A stretch of DNA of 64,000 nucleotides from Dehalococcoidia bacterium (GCA_965197585.1 OZ240215.1:1248001-1312000), one strand, 5' to 3'; numbered from the stretch's first letter, positions 28,585 through 38,527 are shown. Program-made: numbers and translations. Notes: generated by a model from the letters alone, not told the origin.

Positions 28585-29523
28585 CTAGAAAATCGCCAGC
28601 GGATTAGCCGGAGACCCGGTGGCATTGTGGAATCTCAGGGGTGCCACAACCATCATGAACTCCCATCGATTCCGCCGCGCACACTCCGCAGCAAGGTCCT
28701 CTAAATTGGCGTTGTCAATGAGCCAAAGCCCCATGTGAGGTATAGCTATCGCATGATTCGGCGACCGGATGCCTTCGTAGCCTGAGGGCCAGACCTCGTT
28801 GGACTGGTCGCCGGCCAGCATGGCTATGTCCCGAGCCCGCCACCACGGTATGCACGACGCATGTGGCCCGGGCCTCGGATCATCCGACGCCGAAAGTTCC
28901 CCGGAATAGCACCGCGCCAAATGCCCCGTTCGAATCAGCAGCACATCCCCGGATTCCACCCTCACACCCTGGGCCTTCTCTGCCTCTTCCAGTTCCTCGG
29001 GGAAGATTGGTTCGGGGTCCATCAGCCACTTCATCCCCCGCAGCCTGGGTATGTCCAGAAGCACCCCTCTCGTAACGACCCCCTGGGCCAGAAGCTCTAT
29101 CGATTCCACCTCGGCCCCCGTGCCGCTCTTGACCAGGTTGGCCGGGAATCCGTTGTACATACGGCCTTCGGCAAAAATGTGGCAGAGAGCATCGACGTGC
29201 GTGATGGAGTTGCCGTGGTAGGCCACACCTATAAAGTCCCCCGATTCCTCAGCATTCGGGCCTGCCTCCCCGGTCTCCGTCATGTAATGGAGCACCTGGG
29301 ACATCGTTTCACCAGGCAGGTCCTTGGATATAGTCCAGGAGCAAGAAACGGACGTGCCGTCCTCCACAAGCCCCGCCGCCTGCCGACGCTTCTCATCGGT
29401 TACCAGGTTCAGCGTTCCCAGCTGGTCGTCGGCGCCCCATCTGCCCCAGTTGGAGCAGCTATCGGCATATCCCAGGACCTCTTCTTCTGTCGGCAATATT
29501 CGGCTGTTCATACTTATTTCCAA
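28585..29523 (-). CDS. Cyclase / kynurenine-formamidase family metallohydrolase
   Basis: NWGRWGADDQLGTLN, HGNSITHVDALCH, RGVLLDIP, TGSPANPLAIF. Confidence 0.9.
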   Translation of the reverse strand: MEISMNSRILPTEEEVLGYADSCSNWGRWGADDQLGTLNLVTDEKRRQAAGLVEDGTSVSCSWTISKDLPGETMSQVLHYMTETGEAGPNAEESGDFIGVAYHGNSITHVDALCHIFAEGRMYNGFPANLVKSGTGAEVESIELLAQGVVTRGVLLDIPRLRGMKWLMDPEPIFPEELEEAEKAQGVRVESGDVLLIRTGHLARCYSGELSASDDPRPGPHASCIPWWRARDIAMLAGDQSNEVWPSGYEGIRSPNHAIAIPHMGLWLIDNANLEDLAAECARRNRWEFMMVVAPLRFHNATGSPANPLAIF

Positions 29524-29660
29524 GCTCCTGATAACCTATAGCTAACTTACGAGTCCCCGCAAGTCTTAACCTTTACGATACGGCACGTCAATCATTGTCC
29601 ATTAAGGACACTTGAACGGGCCCGGGACAGTGAGTGTTCGGACTTGCTTCCCACCGACCC

Positions 29661-30164
29661 CTAACCGAGCCTCATCATCTGGTCGGGGGTCATTAGCCAT
29701 TCGAGCCACCCGCACCGGGTACCGCCCAACGATTCCAGCCTGAGCTTACACAACGCGCCCTTCTTTAGACGGATTAACACAGTCGGCTCTCCACTCACGA
29801 CCATCGAGACAAAGCTGCTCAGGTGTGGCTCATGCCCGACAACCATCACGTTGTCCATCGACGCGTGTTTTGAAGCCAGTTCTCCCAAGAGCAGATACGG
29901 ATGCGCCTCCGGCACTAGGGCGTTGGATGTCACTAGCTCGCCGGGTCTTGGAAGGCCGTCTCTGACTATCTGCGCAGTCTGGGTGGCGCGTAGCAGTGGA
30001 CTGCTAATCATCAGGTCAAGAGACAGATCGAGGGCATTCAACCCCTTAACCTGTTGGGTCAGTTTAGTATTCCCGTGTTGCGTCAGCGGCCGTTCGTCGT
30101 CGTTCGGGTACTCGTGCCAATCTCGTTCGGCTGCGACGCCGTGTCTTAGTACGTACAAATCCAT
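29661..30164 (-). CDS. sixA: Phosphohistidine phosphatase SixA
   Basis: LYVLRHG, DDERPLT, SSPLLRATQTA, VVGHEP. Confidence 0.9.
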   Translation of the reverse strand: MDLYVLRHGVAAERDWHEYPNDDERPLTQHGNTKLTQQVKGLNALDLSLDLMISSPLLRATQTAQIVRDGLPRPGELVTSNALVPEAHPYLLLGELASKHASMDNVMVVGHEPHLSSFVSMVVSGEPTVLIRLKKGALCKLRLESLGGTRCGWLEWLMTPDQMMRLG

Positions 30165-30336
30165 GCTAGCTGGAAACCCTCCTAGCCTGGCGGACCAATG
30201 GTGCCCGAGTCCGGCGCAAAACGGTGCGGTTAAATCGTACAGCCTACAGATTATGTCGCCTATCAGCTACATCGAGCAGCATTATGTAACCAAGCCATAG
30301 CCAAAAGCAACAGCATCTCTGGACTAACGCCAACCC

Positions 30337-30365
30337 TTGACACTTCGCTCCCGTGCCAATATCCT
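30337..30365 (+). promoter_or_regulatory. Sigma70 promoter of the riboswitch/btu operon
   Basis: TTGACA-N17-TATCCT. Confidence 0.65.
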
Positions 30366-30394
30366 CATTTCCAAATCATAAGCACAAACCACTC

Positions 30395-30555
30395 CCCGTT
30401 CAGGTGCCCATCCAGGGAGAATAGGGAAGGCGGTGAAAAACCGCCGCGGTAGCGCCACTGTAAGCGGGATTCGGAGTCGGAGTCCACTGTCGGTTAACCG
30501 ATGGGAAGGGCCCGGCACCCGAGATCCACCCCGCAAGCCAGGAGACCTGCCCGAA
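30395..30555 (+). ncRNA. Cobalamin (AdoCbl) riboswitch
   Basis: AGGTGC...AATAGGGAA.GCGGTGAAAAACCGC..GCCACTGTAA...CCACTG...TGGGAAGG...AAGCCAGGAGACCTGCC (B12 box), upstream of btuCFD. Confidence 0.95.
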
Positions 30556-30629
30556 CGGGAGGTGACCACTCTCCGCATAAGAGAGGGTCCCTAGCGCGTT
30601 GGGCAAGAGTCCCGGACAGAGCGCAACAA

Positions 30630-30665
30630 GACCTCCTGCGGAGACCCGCAGGAGGTCGTTTTTTT
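30630..30665 (+). terminator. Riboswitch expression platform (terminator / RBS-sequestering hairpin)
   Basis: 12-bp stem GACCTCCTGCGG/CCGCAGGAGGTC followed by a T run. Confidence 0.8.
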
Positions 30666-31740
30666 GAGAGCTCTCAGTCTAAGTACTCTGCGAATCTACC
30701 GCCAAACGGGCGTCGCCACCCGACTCGCGGTCGGCTCGTCAGTCCTCCTTCTCCTCGTCTTGGCAACCGCCCTTGCTTCACTGAGTCTCGGGCCCGTCAA
30801 CATACCCGTAGACCACGTCGCTTCAATTGTCCTGTCATATCTCGGACTCGATTTCGCGACGTTTGGACGCACGGAACAGCTTGTTATCGAGCAGATCAGG
30901 ATTCCAAGGATTCTGGTCGGGGCCCTTGTCGGCATGGCCTTGGGCGTCGCCGGTGCAACCATGCAAGGCCTATTCCGTAACCCAATGGCCGACCCCGGTA
31001 TCATCGGCGTCTCCGCAGGCGGCGCGGTGGGAGCAGTTGTAGCCATCGCCTCTGGGCTGGCCAGCCTCTTCTTCCTGGCCCTGCCCGCATTTGCATTCGT
31101 AGGCGCGGTCGCTGCCTCATTCCTGGTCTACGGCATCGCCGCCGTTGGTGGCCGCTTCTCTATGGCCACGCTGCTTCTTGCAGGAGTGGCCGTTAACGCA
31201 TTCCTGGGGGCCATTGTCTCCGCAATCATCATCCTCTTGCCAGATAACGCATCCCTCCGTGAGATATTGTTCTGGCTTGCAGGCGGCCTCGACTCCCGCT
31301 CCTGGGAGCACGTCCGTATCGCCGCTCCACTGATCCTCGGCGGGACGGCGGTAATAGTAATCATGGCACGAGACCTGAATCTGCTAACTCTCGGCGACGA
31401 TGAGGCTCGCTCCATGGGCGTCCGAGTCGGCCTCACCCGAGTCTCTCTTCTAACGGCTGCGGCCCTGGCAACGGGCGCGGCCGTAGCCGTGAGCGGGACG
31501 ATTGCCTTTGTTGGTCTCGTCACGCCCCACATTCTTCGCCTGGTCCTCGGCCCCGACCACCGGGTCCTGATTCCCATGAGCGCCCTTGGAGGTGCCGTGT
31601 TCGTCGTGCTGGCCGACACGGTTGCCAGGACCATCATCCAACCCGCCGAGTTTCGTGTTGGTGTCCTAACGGCATTTGTCGGGGCGCCCTTTTTCATTTT
31701 TCTGCTAATCAGGAACAAACGGCAGGTCTATTCATTGTGA
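30664..31740 (+). CDS. btuC: Cobalamin ABC transporter permease (FecCD/BtuC)
   Basis: IRIPRIL, QGLFRNPMADPGIIG, GDDEARSMG, IAFVGLVTPH; under the B12 riboswitch. Confidence 0.9.
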   Translation: MRALSLSTLRIYRQTGVATRLAVGSSVLLLLVLATALASLSLGPVNIPVDHVASIVLSYLGLDFATFGRTEQLVIEQIRIPRILVGALVGMALGVAGATMQGLFRNPMADPGIIGVSAGGAVGAVVAIASGLASLFFLALPAFAFVGAVAASFLVYGIAAVGGRFSMATLLLAGVAVNAFLGAIVSAIIILLPDNASLREILFWLAGGLDSRSWEHVRIAAPLILGGTAVIVIMARDLNLLTLGDDEARSMGVRVGLTRVSLLTAAALATGAAVAVSGTIAFVGLVTPHILRLVLGPDHRVLIPMSALGGAVFVVLADTVARTIIQPAEFRVGVLTAFVGAPFFIFLLIRNKRQVYSL

Positions 31741-31771
31741 GATACGGCAATTAAAAGGAGCCCTTGTGTCC

Positions 31772-32956
31772 ATGAGAAAGCCTTGTGCCCTATTCATCCC
31801 CCTTGCGGTCATGCTGGTACTGGTCTTGGCGGCTTGTTCATCCGCAACGCCAACCCCTGCACCAACAACCGCGCCGACCACAATCCCAGTGTCGACACCC
31901 ATTCCCCCCACCACCCAGGCCCCAGCCCCGACAGAGGTTCCAACCGTGCCCTCGGCTCCGACCCCGCCAACGGCCCCTGCTCCTGTTCCTACCGCGCAGC
32001 CCGACCCCACACCGACTCCCATTCCGGCAGTCAACTACTTCGAAGGCGTCCCCGGTATCGTCGACCCCGCCAACTTCGGCTGGCCTCGTGAAGTCGAGGG
32101 ACTGAACGGCATCGTCAGCATCCCGAGCAAACCTCTCCGTGTCATCACGGCCTCCGTCGGCCACGACGAAATAACTCTGGCATTGGTGCCTAAAGAAAGG
32201 CTCGTCGGAGTAGGAAGTTCTACCAAGAGTGTTGCCTATTCCAACGTGGCCTCTTTGGTTCAGGACACATCCGAGATCACCCGTGACCCCGAGACCATAA
32301 TCACCCTATCCCCGGACGTCGTTGTCACCAGCCCCTTCTTTTCGGCAGAAGGCATTGACGCCCTTTCAAGGCTCGGCATTCCGGTAGTCCAGACCGACTT
32401 GCAACAGGGCCCCGAGGCACGAATAGACAACATTCTGCTCATGGGTTACATCTACGGCGAGGAAAACCGTGCCGTAGAGTTCGCCGCAGAGGTGAAGGAT
32501 AGATATGAATCTCTGGTGTCAGTCACCGAAGCAGCAGGGCCGAAGCCTCGGGTGCTGGCGTTGACCCAGTATTCCGACACCATCTGGACCGCCGGCAGAA
32601 ACTCTACAGAGGGCAGTGTCATTACTGCCGCAGGTGGAATCAATGCAGCCGAAGAAGCAGGAATAGAAAGTAACCAGACTACGAGTCTGGAGGGAGTCAT
32701 CGCCATGTCTCCCGATATCATCGTCATTGCCCAACCCGTGGAATTCGGCGCCGCCGAGTTCCGCCAAAGCCTCCTCGACAACGAAGCCCTCGCCGAGGTC
32801 CCTGCAATCAAGAACGGCCAGGTTCACTTAGTTGAAGGCAAGCACTTCACCACGCTCTCCTACTGGAACATCCGTGGCGCTGAAGATTTGGCCCATTTAC
32901 TTTGGCCGAACCTATTCCCAGAACCCATAACCACCCCATTCACCCTCGCCGAATAG
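31772..32956 (+). CDS. btuF: Cobalamin ABC transporter substrate-binding lipoprotein
   Basis: Lipobox LAAC, Pro/Thr linker, PSKPLRVI, SLEGVIAMSPDII, VPAIKNGQV. Confidence 0.85.
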   Translation: MRKPCALFIPLAVMLVLVLAACSSATPTPAPTTAPTTIPVSTPIPPTTQAPAPTEVPTVPSAPTPPTAPAPVPTAQPDPTPTPIPAVNYFEGVPGIVDPANFGWPREVEGLNGIVSIPSKPLRVITASVGHDEITLALVPKERLVGVGSSTKSVAYSNVASLVQDTSEITRDPETIITLSPDVVVTSPFFSAEGIDALSRLGIPVVQTDLQQGPEARIDNILLMGYIYGEENRAVEFAAEVKDRYESLVSVTEAAGPKPRVLALTQYSDTIWTAGRNSTEGSVITAAGGINAAEEAGIESNQTTSLEGVIAMSPDIIVIAQPVEFGAAEFRQSLLDNEALAEVPAIKNGQVHLVEGKHFTTLSYWNIRGAEDLAHLLWPNLFPEPITTPFTLAE

Positions 32957-32961
32957 AGTAC

Positions 32962-33771
32962 ATGATGAAAAACGGCACATCTCTTGCAATCAACGCGCAT
33001 GCCCTCTCCTACGAGGTCGACGCAAAAGCCCTGCTGTCCAACGTGGACTTACACGCCAAGCGTGGTCAGTTCGTTGGGCTGATAGGCCCAAACGGGGCGG
33101 GTAAGACCACCCTTCTCAGGGCCTTGGCAGGAATTCTCCGCTATCGGGAAGGCGCCGTACTGTTGGAGGGCGCCGACTTGAAGGATGCCACTCCTAAGAA
33201 AATTGCAAAGACCCTCGGGCTCGTCCCCCAGATTGCTCCCTACACCCACGGTTTCACCGCTCTCGAGCTGGTGGTAATGGGCCGGTACCCCCACATAGGT
33301 CGGTTCCAGATCGAGGGTAAGGAAGACGGTCAAATCGCCAGGAACGCGATGAAGTTGACCGAGACAGAGCAGTTCGCCGACCGGACCCTCGATACCCTTT
33401 CCGGCGGAGAGCGCCAACGGGTCTTCGTCGCTCGGGCCCTGGCTCAGCAGCCCCGCATCCTCTTGCTGGACGAACCGACGTCCAACCTTGATGTCCTTCA
33501 TCAACTCAAGGTGCTCGGCCTCGTGAGGCGGCTCGTTGACGACGGCCTGACGGCAGTTGCCGCCATCCACGACCTCCATATGGCTGCACGTTATTGCGAT
33601 CAGCTTGTACTTATGAAAGATGGCCGGGTCCTTGCCCAGGGCTCCCCCGAGGAAGTCCTGACTCCCGAGATAATCGAATCCGCCTTCGGCGTCAAAGCAT
33701 CCGTCTACCGAGACCCGATAACGGACTCTCTTACCATGACCTTGATCGGCCCTGCGGATGAGCGTCCATAA
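32962..33771 (+). CDS. btuD: Cobalamin ABC transporter ATPase
   Basis: GPNGAGKTT, LSGGERQR, LLLDEPT, IHDL. Confidence 0.9.
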   Translation: MMKNGTSLAINAHALSYEVDAKALLSNVDLHAKRGQFVGLIGPNGAGKTTLLRALAGILRYREGAVLLEGADLKDATPKKIAKTLGLVPQIAPYTHGFTALELVVMGRYPHIGRFQIEGKEDGQIARNAMKLTETEQFADRTLDTLSGGERQRVFVARALAQQPRILLLDEPTSNLDVLHQLKVLGLVRRLVDDGLTAVAAIHDLHMAARYCDQLVLMKDGRVLAQGSPEEVLTPEIIESAFGVKASVYRDPITDSLTMTLIGPADERP

Positions 33772-33789
33772 GTTGGGATAGCGGTTCAG

Positions 33790-33921
33790 GTCGGCGTAGT
33801 ACCCGCCACCGAGTTAGGCCGCATCTACGCCGACGAGCTTGGCCGTGCCAACCAACTCATCGCTGCTGAGGCTGACGAAGTCTATTTCATGGCCGCCGGG
33901 CTGCCGCTTACCCTAAAAAGC
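33790..33921 (+). pseudogene. cobU: 3' remnant of adenosylcobinamide kinase/guanylyltransferase
   Basis: Translates as [43 protein letters not shown], matching the CobU C-terminus; no N-terminal P-loop or start codon. Confidence 0.8.
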
Positions 33922-34025
33922 CCAAATCGCCAGGACACTACAGCCGTCCGTCATGCCATCAATCTTAGCAATCTCCGACGACGCCTAAGACAAGTTAATC
34001 AGTCACCACGCATTGGTCAGTGAAA

Positions 34026-34100
34026 TGGTGGGCCCGCCTGGATTCGAACCAGGGACCAATCGGTTATGAGCCGACCGCTCTGCCGCTGAGCTACGAGCCC
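34026..34100 (-). tRNA. tRNA with CAT anticodon, most likely tRNA-Ile2 (lysidine)
   Basis: GGGCTCGTAGCTCAGCGGCAGAGCGGTCGGCTCATAACCGATTGGTCCCTGGTTCGAATCCAGGCGGGCCCACCA; cloverleaf with encoded CCA; lacks fMet identity features. Confidence 0.92.
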
Positions 34101-34204
34101 CAGGAACTCAATTCTATCCCACCCCTCCCCACCCCGCAACACGGCTCTGCCGTGATATCCTAACCCCCCAAGCCCCATCTACCCCCCTGAGAAACTATAC
34201 CCTT

Positions 34205-34948
34205 ATGCACACGAAAACTGTCAAATTCACCTCCGAAGACCAGACCGTACGCGGAGACCTCATCCTCTCCGCTCCCGGGTCCCCCTGCATCCTTATGTCC
34301 CACGGCTTCGAGGCCAGCAAGGACGGTACCAAGTGGTCGTTCCTTACGCCAAAACTAGTTGATCGCGATTATACCGTACTCAAGTTCAACTACCGGGGCT
34401 GCGGCTACGGCTCGGATGCCAGCAACGGCCTTTTCGAGAACACTACCCTATCAGCCCGCATCGCCGACTACCGCGCCGCCCTCGACTTCCTCCAAGCCGC
34501 TGATGTCGACCCGAGCCGTATCGCCGTCATTGGCTCAAGCTTCGGTGGTGAAATTCCCGTCGCCGCCCAAGACCCTCGGGTCAAAGCCTATGTCCTTCTC
34601 GCCACCCCATCCCGACCCCAAACGCCCACCGAGGAACAGCTTGCCGAATGCCGAGCCACCGGTTATTTCTCTCTCCCCTCGGGCAAGAGGCTCACACAGG
34701 CGTATTTCGAGGATGGGGAACGTTACGACCTGTGCAATGCCGCCTCTAAGCTGGCTCGACCCACCTTGATCATCCACGGCAGTCTCGACGACGACGTCCC
34801 GGTTGAGCAGGCTAGGGAACTCTACGCCCACGCCCAAGAACCCAAGAGACTCGAAATATTCGAAGGCGCCGAACACGCCCTGCGCAGGACGGAGGACATG
34901 CAACGCATCCTCAAACTGAGCCTCGGCTGGCTGGAATTTTACCTGTAG
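34205..34948 (+). CDS. Alpha/beta hydrolase
   Basis: SHGF, FNYRGCG, GSSFGG nucleophile elbow, IIHGSLDDDV, GAEH. Confidence 0.9.
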   Translation: MHTKTVKFTSEDQTVRGDLILSAPGSPCILMSHGFEASKDGTKWSFLTPKLVDRDYTVLKFNYRGCGYGSDASNGLFENTTLSARIADYRAALDFLQAADVDPSRIAVIGSSFGGEIPVAAQDPRVKAYVLLATPSRPQTPTEEQLAECRATGYFSLPSGKRLTQAYFEDGERYDLCNAASKLARPTLIIHGSLDDDVPVEQARELYAHAQEPKRLEIFEGAEHALRRTEDMQRILKLSLGWLEFYL

Positions 34949-34962
34949 TAGACCGTCCGGCC

Positions 34963-36105
34963 CTAGTTCAGCTTGTACAGGTCCAGCGCATTGTCGCCCA
35001 TGACCTTGCGCTGGTCGTCCTCCGGGAGCTTGGAAAGCGTTTCCCTGAGCGTCTTCACCGGCCCGGTCCACGAGTCCGAGTGCGGATAGTCGTAAGCCCA
35101 CAGCACCCTGTCAGCCCCCAGGAGTTCTGCCGTAAGCGCTCCATATTCGTCTTCCGGCTCCATGGAGATCCAACCTCGGGTCTTGAAATAGGTGCTCGGC
35201 TCCTCTTTCGACTCCATCGAGAATCCGACGACCTCAAACTTCTCATCCATCCTGTCCAGGATGTAGGGCATCCACAAAGTCCCCGACTCCAGAACTACCA
35301 GCCGGAACGTCGGGAATCGGTCGAAAACTCCCCCTTGGAAGAAGGTCATGAAACTGAGCTGAATATCCTGTGAGGTGCTGAAGATCCACCAGGAAGGCTT
35401 GTCAATCTCGGGGTGCAGGAGGCTTCCCGCCGGAGTTCCTCCAGCGCTCACGTGCAACGCGGGCGGAAGGTCCTGCTCCTGGAATTCCTCCCACAACGGG
35501 TCCCAATACCGTGTCCCGTAGGACCTGTCGTGGGGAGGCGTAGCCGGGCACATTACCGCCCTTGGCCCGACCCCTGCAGTCCTCTTCAATTCCTTGACCG
35601 CCTCGTTCACGTCCGTCCAGGGAAGCGCGATGGCCGGATAAAGCCGGTCGGGGTGTGCACTGCAAAAGTCGACAAGCCAGTCGTTATATACGCGGCAATA
35701 GGCCGCAGCAAGCATCGGGTCTTTGGTTCCCCCTATCCAGCTCAGTCCCAGCGACGGGTATAGAATACTCTTGTCGATCCCTTCCATATCCATCAATTCG
35801 ACCCGGGCGTCGGGATCACAGGCCCCGGGATTCATCTCGCGGCCCTGCTCCCAGGTAACCGACGGGTTTTCGAAAATATTCTTCTGCCGCCACTCGCGGG
35901 TCCTGCTTACGGTTGCCATGTTGGCGCTCGTGCCCTTGCTTAGGAATACATCGCCTTTGCCTTCGGCGAACCACTGCTCCAGCCCATCCTCCCCGACTCC
36001 CATGTGCATCGCCATATCCCGATATTCAGGCTCGATGTTCTTGACCCAAAGGTCTGACGGCTCCAGGATGTGACCATCGACATCTATAACGAGTGACTTA
36101 TTCAC
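34963..36105 (-). CDS. Amidohydrolase family protein (Amidohydro_2)
   Basis: DVDGHILEP, YNDWL, GVFDRFP, LESG, YDYPHSD. Confidence 0.9.
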   Translation of the reverse strand: MNKSLVIDVDGHILEPSDLWVKNIEPEYRDMAMHMGVGEDGLEQWFAEGKGDVFLSKGTSANMATVSRTREWRQKNIFENPSVTWEQGREMNPGACDPDARVELMDMEGIDKSILYPSLGLSWIGGTKDPMLAAAYCRVYNDWLVDFCSAHPDRLYPAIALPWTDVNEAVKELKRTAGVGPRAVMCPATPPHDRSYGTRYWDPLWEEFQEQDLPPALHVSAGGTPAGSLLHPEIDKPSWWIFSTSQDIQLSFMTFFQGGVFDRFPTFRLVVLESGTLWMPYILDRMDEKFEVVGFSMESKEEPSTYFKTRGWISMEPEDEYGALTAELLGADRVLWAYDYPHSDSWTGPVKTLRETLSKLPEDDQRKVMGDNALDLYKLN

Positions 36106-36188
36106 GCCTTTTTACCTCCTGGCTCAAAACCGGCTATTGGTGCCCCTATTATATAGTCCCCGCTCGTCTCTTTCCCAAGATTGCCTCT

Positions 36189-37331
36189 CTATTGCAACCG
36201 ATATAGCTCAACCGCATTGTCCCCCGCCACGAGACAGCGTTCTTCCGGCGATAGACCTTCCAGCAGCTTCGTAAGGTGCTTTATGGGTTCAGTTTCCGAA
36301 TCGGAATGCGGGTAGTCGTACGCCCATAATACTCTATCCGCTCCCAGATTCTTGATTGCGAACGGCCCGAATTCGTCGTTCGGCTCCAGCGATATCCAGC
36401 ACTGCGTCTTGAAGTACTCGCTCGGCCGCATCATCGACTCCGCCGTAAAACCAATCACCGACTGCATCTCATCCATCCGCTCTAGAATCCACGGCATCCA
36501 CGCACACCCCGCCTCCAGCACTACTAACCTGAGTTCCGGGAAACGGTCAAACACCCCACCTTGAAAGAAGCTCACGAAACCCAGAATCGTGTCGAGGGGC
36601 CCGGTCACGAAGTCCCACCAGTTCGGCTGGGTAAACTCCGGGTACAGGATGCTGCCCACAGTCGTCCCCGCATTGCCCACGTGAAGCGACACCGGAATCC
36701 CCTGGTAAACAAACTCCGCCCATACCGGGTCCCATCGAGCGCGCCCGTAGGACGTGTCACCCGGCGGTGTATTGGGCGCCATCACCGCCCTAGCCCCGAA
36801 CCCCGAGGTCCTCTTCATCTCCTGTACGGTCAATTGCACGTCCCCCCAGGGCAGGGTGGTGGCAGGAAACAGTCGGCCCGGGACCTGGGAACAAAAATCC
36901 CGGATCCAGTTGTTGTAGGCACGGCAGTGCGTCGCACTCAACTCCCCATCCTCAATCCGGGGCAAGGTGAGACCTATGGACGGATAGAGGATACTTATGT
37001 CGATTCCCTCCTCGTTCATCATCCCCTCACGGCGGTCCGGTTGCCATGCCGGTGGATTCATCGCCAGACCTTCAGCCCAACCAACGCGATGGTTGTCGAA
37101 GATGTTTTCCTTCCGCCATTCCAAGCTTTTGCCAATGGAGGCTGCATCAGCCGCCGTCCCACCCGAGAAGAATGCAATGGGCCGCCGGTCGACGCTCCAG
37201 CACTCCAACCCAGCCCGATCTTCCTCCACCCGCATGGCCCTGTCACGGAACGCGGGTTCGATGTATTCCAGCCAAAGGTCGACGGGCTCAAGAATGTGCC
37301 CGTCCACGTCTACGTATCGGATATTGGTCAT
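36189..37331 (-). CDS. Amidohydrolase family protein (paralogue of 34963-36105)
   Basis: DVDGHILEP, GVFDRFP, YDYPHSD. Confidence 0.9.
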   Translation of the reverse strand: MTNIRYVDVDGHILEPVDLWLEYIEPAFRDRAMRVEEDRAGLECWSVDRRPIAFFSGGTAADAASIGKSLEWRKENIFDNHRVGWAEGLAMNPPAWQPDRREGMMNEEGIDISILYPSIGLTLPRIEDGELSATHCRAYNNWIRDFCSQVPGRLFPATTLPWGDVQLTVQEMKRTSGFGARAVMAPNTPPGDTSYGRARWDPVWAEFVYQGIPVSLHVGNAGTTVGSILYPEFTQPNWWDFVTGPLDTILGFVSFFQGGVFDRFPELRLVVLEAGCAWMPWILERMDEMQSVIGFTAESMMRPSEYFKTQCWISLEPNDEFGPFAIKNLGADRVLWAYDYPHSDSETEPIKHLTKLLEGLSPEERCLVAGDNAVELYRLQ

Positions 37332-37338
37332 CGCGCCC

Positions 37339-38391
37339 CTAGTAGGAAAACCCCCCACCCCCCGTCGGCTGCCCGGTCTTCATGTCTATGGTCTCGAACA
37401 ACCGGGGCCCGAGAGCCGCCAGCAGCCCGAGCGCCGCCAGGTGCATCGTCCTGTCCGTCGGGTCCAGGGGTGGGGCCACCTCACACAGGTCTATACCCTT
37501 CACAATGTCGTACTGGCCGAGAGCCGTCATCAGCGATAGGAATTCCCGGGCCCGGATACCCTGGTAAACGCACGCGGTCGTCCCCGGCGACTCCGATCCG
37601 TCTACAACGTCAATGTCCACACTCACGTACACAGCGTCCACACTCGCCGCCGCAACTTCCAACACTTCCTTGAGAGCTTCCTCGATTCCCTTGTCCAGCA
37701 TCTGCCGCGCCGTCACCATCTTCAGACTGTGGTCGGTGTACATCCGATACTGCTCGGCATCTAGGACTGCGCCATTCAGCCCCAGCCACGCCATATTCTT
37801 GTAGGAGATGGTAGCGTTCTCGCTGATGCGCCTGGCAGACGTGCCGTGATTAAATCGGCTGCCTGCCTGCAGTTCGTCCCAGAAATCGGGATGGCTGTCG
37901 ATGTGCAGGTACCCAATCCGTGGACTCGAATACCTCTCCATCATCCCCCTCGCAAACCCGAGAAAGCCCGGGTAGCAAACGTAGTGGTCGCCCCCAAGGA
38001 TTACCGGCGAGCCCCCCCGACGCACGATATCGCTCACCCCCGAGGCCACACCCTCCGTGGTCACCATGATGTCCTGGGGAGAAATATCCAGGTCGCCGAT
38101 GTCGGCCAGGAGCCCGTCACCCTTGAACCGAAACCCCATGTGCGAGTCCAGGTCGACCGTCGTGCGGTCTTCGGCCATCTCCTGCACCATCCGATACTTG
38201 TACGTCCCCTCCCGTATGCCCCGAGGCCCGAACCGCGCACCCTTCCTCCCGATGTTGATTCCCTCGTCAATCGGCACCCCCGCCACCACCGTCATCCCTT
38301 CCTTCACTTCCTCCCTCCCGATGATCGGCGCCCCGAAGAAGGACGGAAATCCTACGTATGAGTTGATGTAGCCCGGCTTGGTTACTGCCAT
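37339..38391 (-). CDS. Ureohydrolase (agmatinase/arginase family)
   Basis: GARFGPRGIR, GGDH, DSHPD, SVDIDVVD, EVAP. Confidence 0.9.
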   Translation of the reverse strand: MAVTKPGYINSYVGFPSFFGAPIIGREEVKEGMTVVAGVPIDEGINIGRKGARFGPRGIREGTYKYRMVQEMAEDRTTVDLDSHMGFRFKGDGLLADIGDLDISPQDIMVTTEGVASGVSDIVRRGGSPVILGGDHYVCYPGFLGFARGMMERYSSPRIGYLHIDSHPDFWDELQAGSRFNHGTSARRISENATISYKNMAWLGLNGAVLDAEQYRMYTDHSLKMVTARQMLDKGIEEALKEVLEVAAASVDAVYVSVDIDVVDGSESPGTTACVYQGIRAREFLSLMTALGQYDIVKGIDLCEVAPPLDPTDRTMHLAALGLLAALGPRLFETIDMKTGQPTGGGGFSY

Positions 38392-38498
38392 ATTGCACCT
38401 CCGGTTGGTGGAAACCGCGCTAATTTAACCCCCACCCCTGAGATAGGTCAACAAACCACTTGCTGATCCCGTTCACATAGAGGGGTGACATATCCCCC

Positions 38499-38527
38499 TT
38501 GACTTCATAAGACACATGTTCTATTAT
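38499..38527 (+). promoter_or_regulatory. Sigma70-like promoter with overlapping LexA-like box
   Basis: TTGACT-N17-TATTAT with AGAC-ACAT-GTTCT (38510-38522). Confidence 0.6.

Noticed and set aside
31850-32035. Pro/Thr/Ala low-complexity repeat in btuF
   Set aside because: An ordinary lipoprotein linker in this lineage, not a DNA repeat array.
33900-34100. Integrative element at the tRNA 3' end
   Set aside because: No integrase and no duplicated tRNA 3' end (att site) were found in the window.
34026-34100. Initiator tRNA-fMet call
   Set aside because: The 1-72 position is paired and the anticodon stem lacks three consecutive G-C pairs; the sequence resembles Ile2.
36561-37673. Long alternative-frame ORFs (e.g. 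370 aa here, 3469-4572, 9223-10191)
   Set aside because: Shadow ORFs expected from high GC and skew; they overlap well-supported genes.
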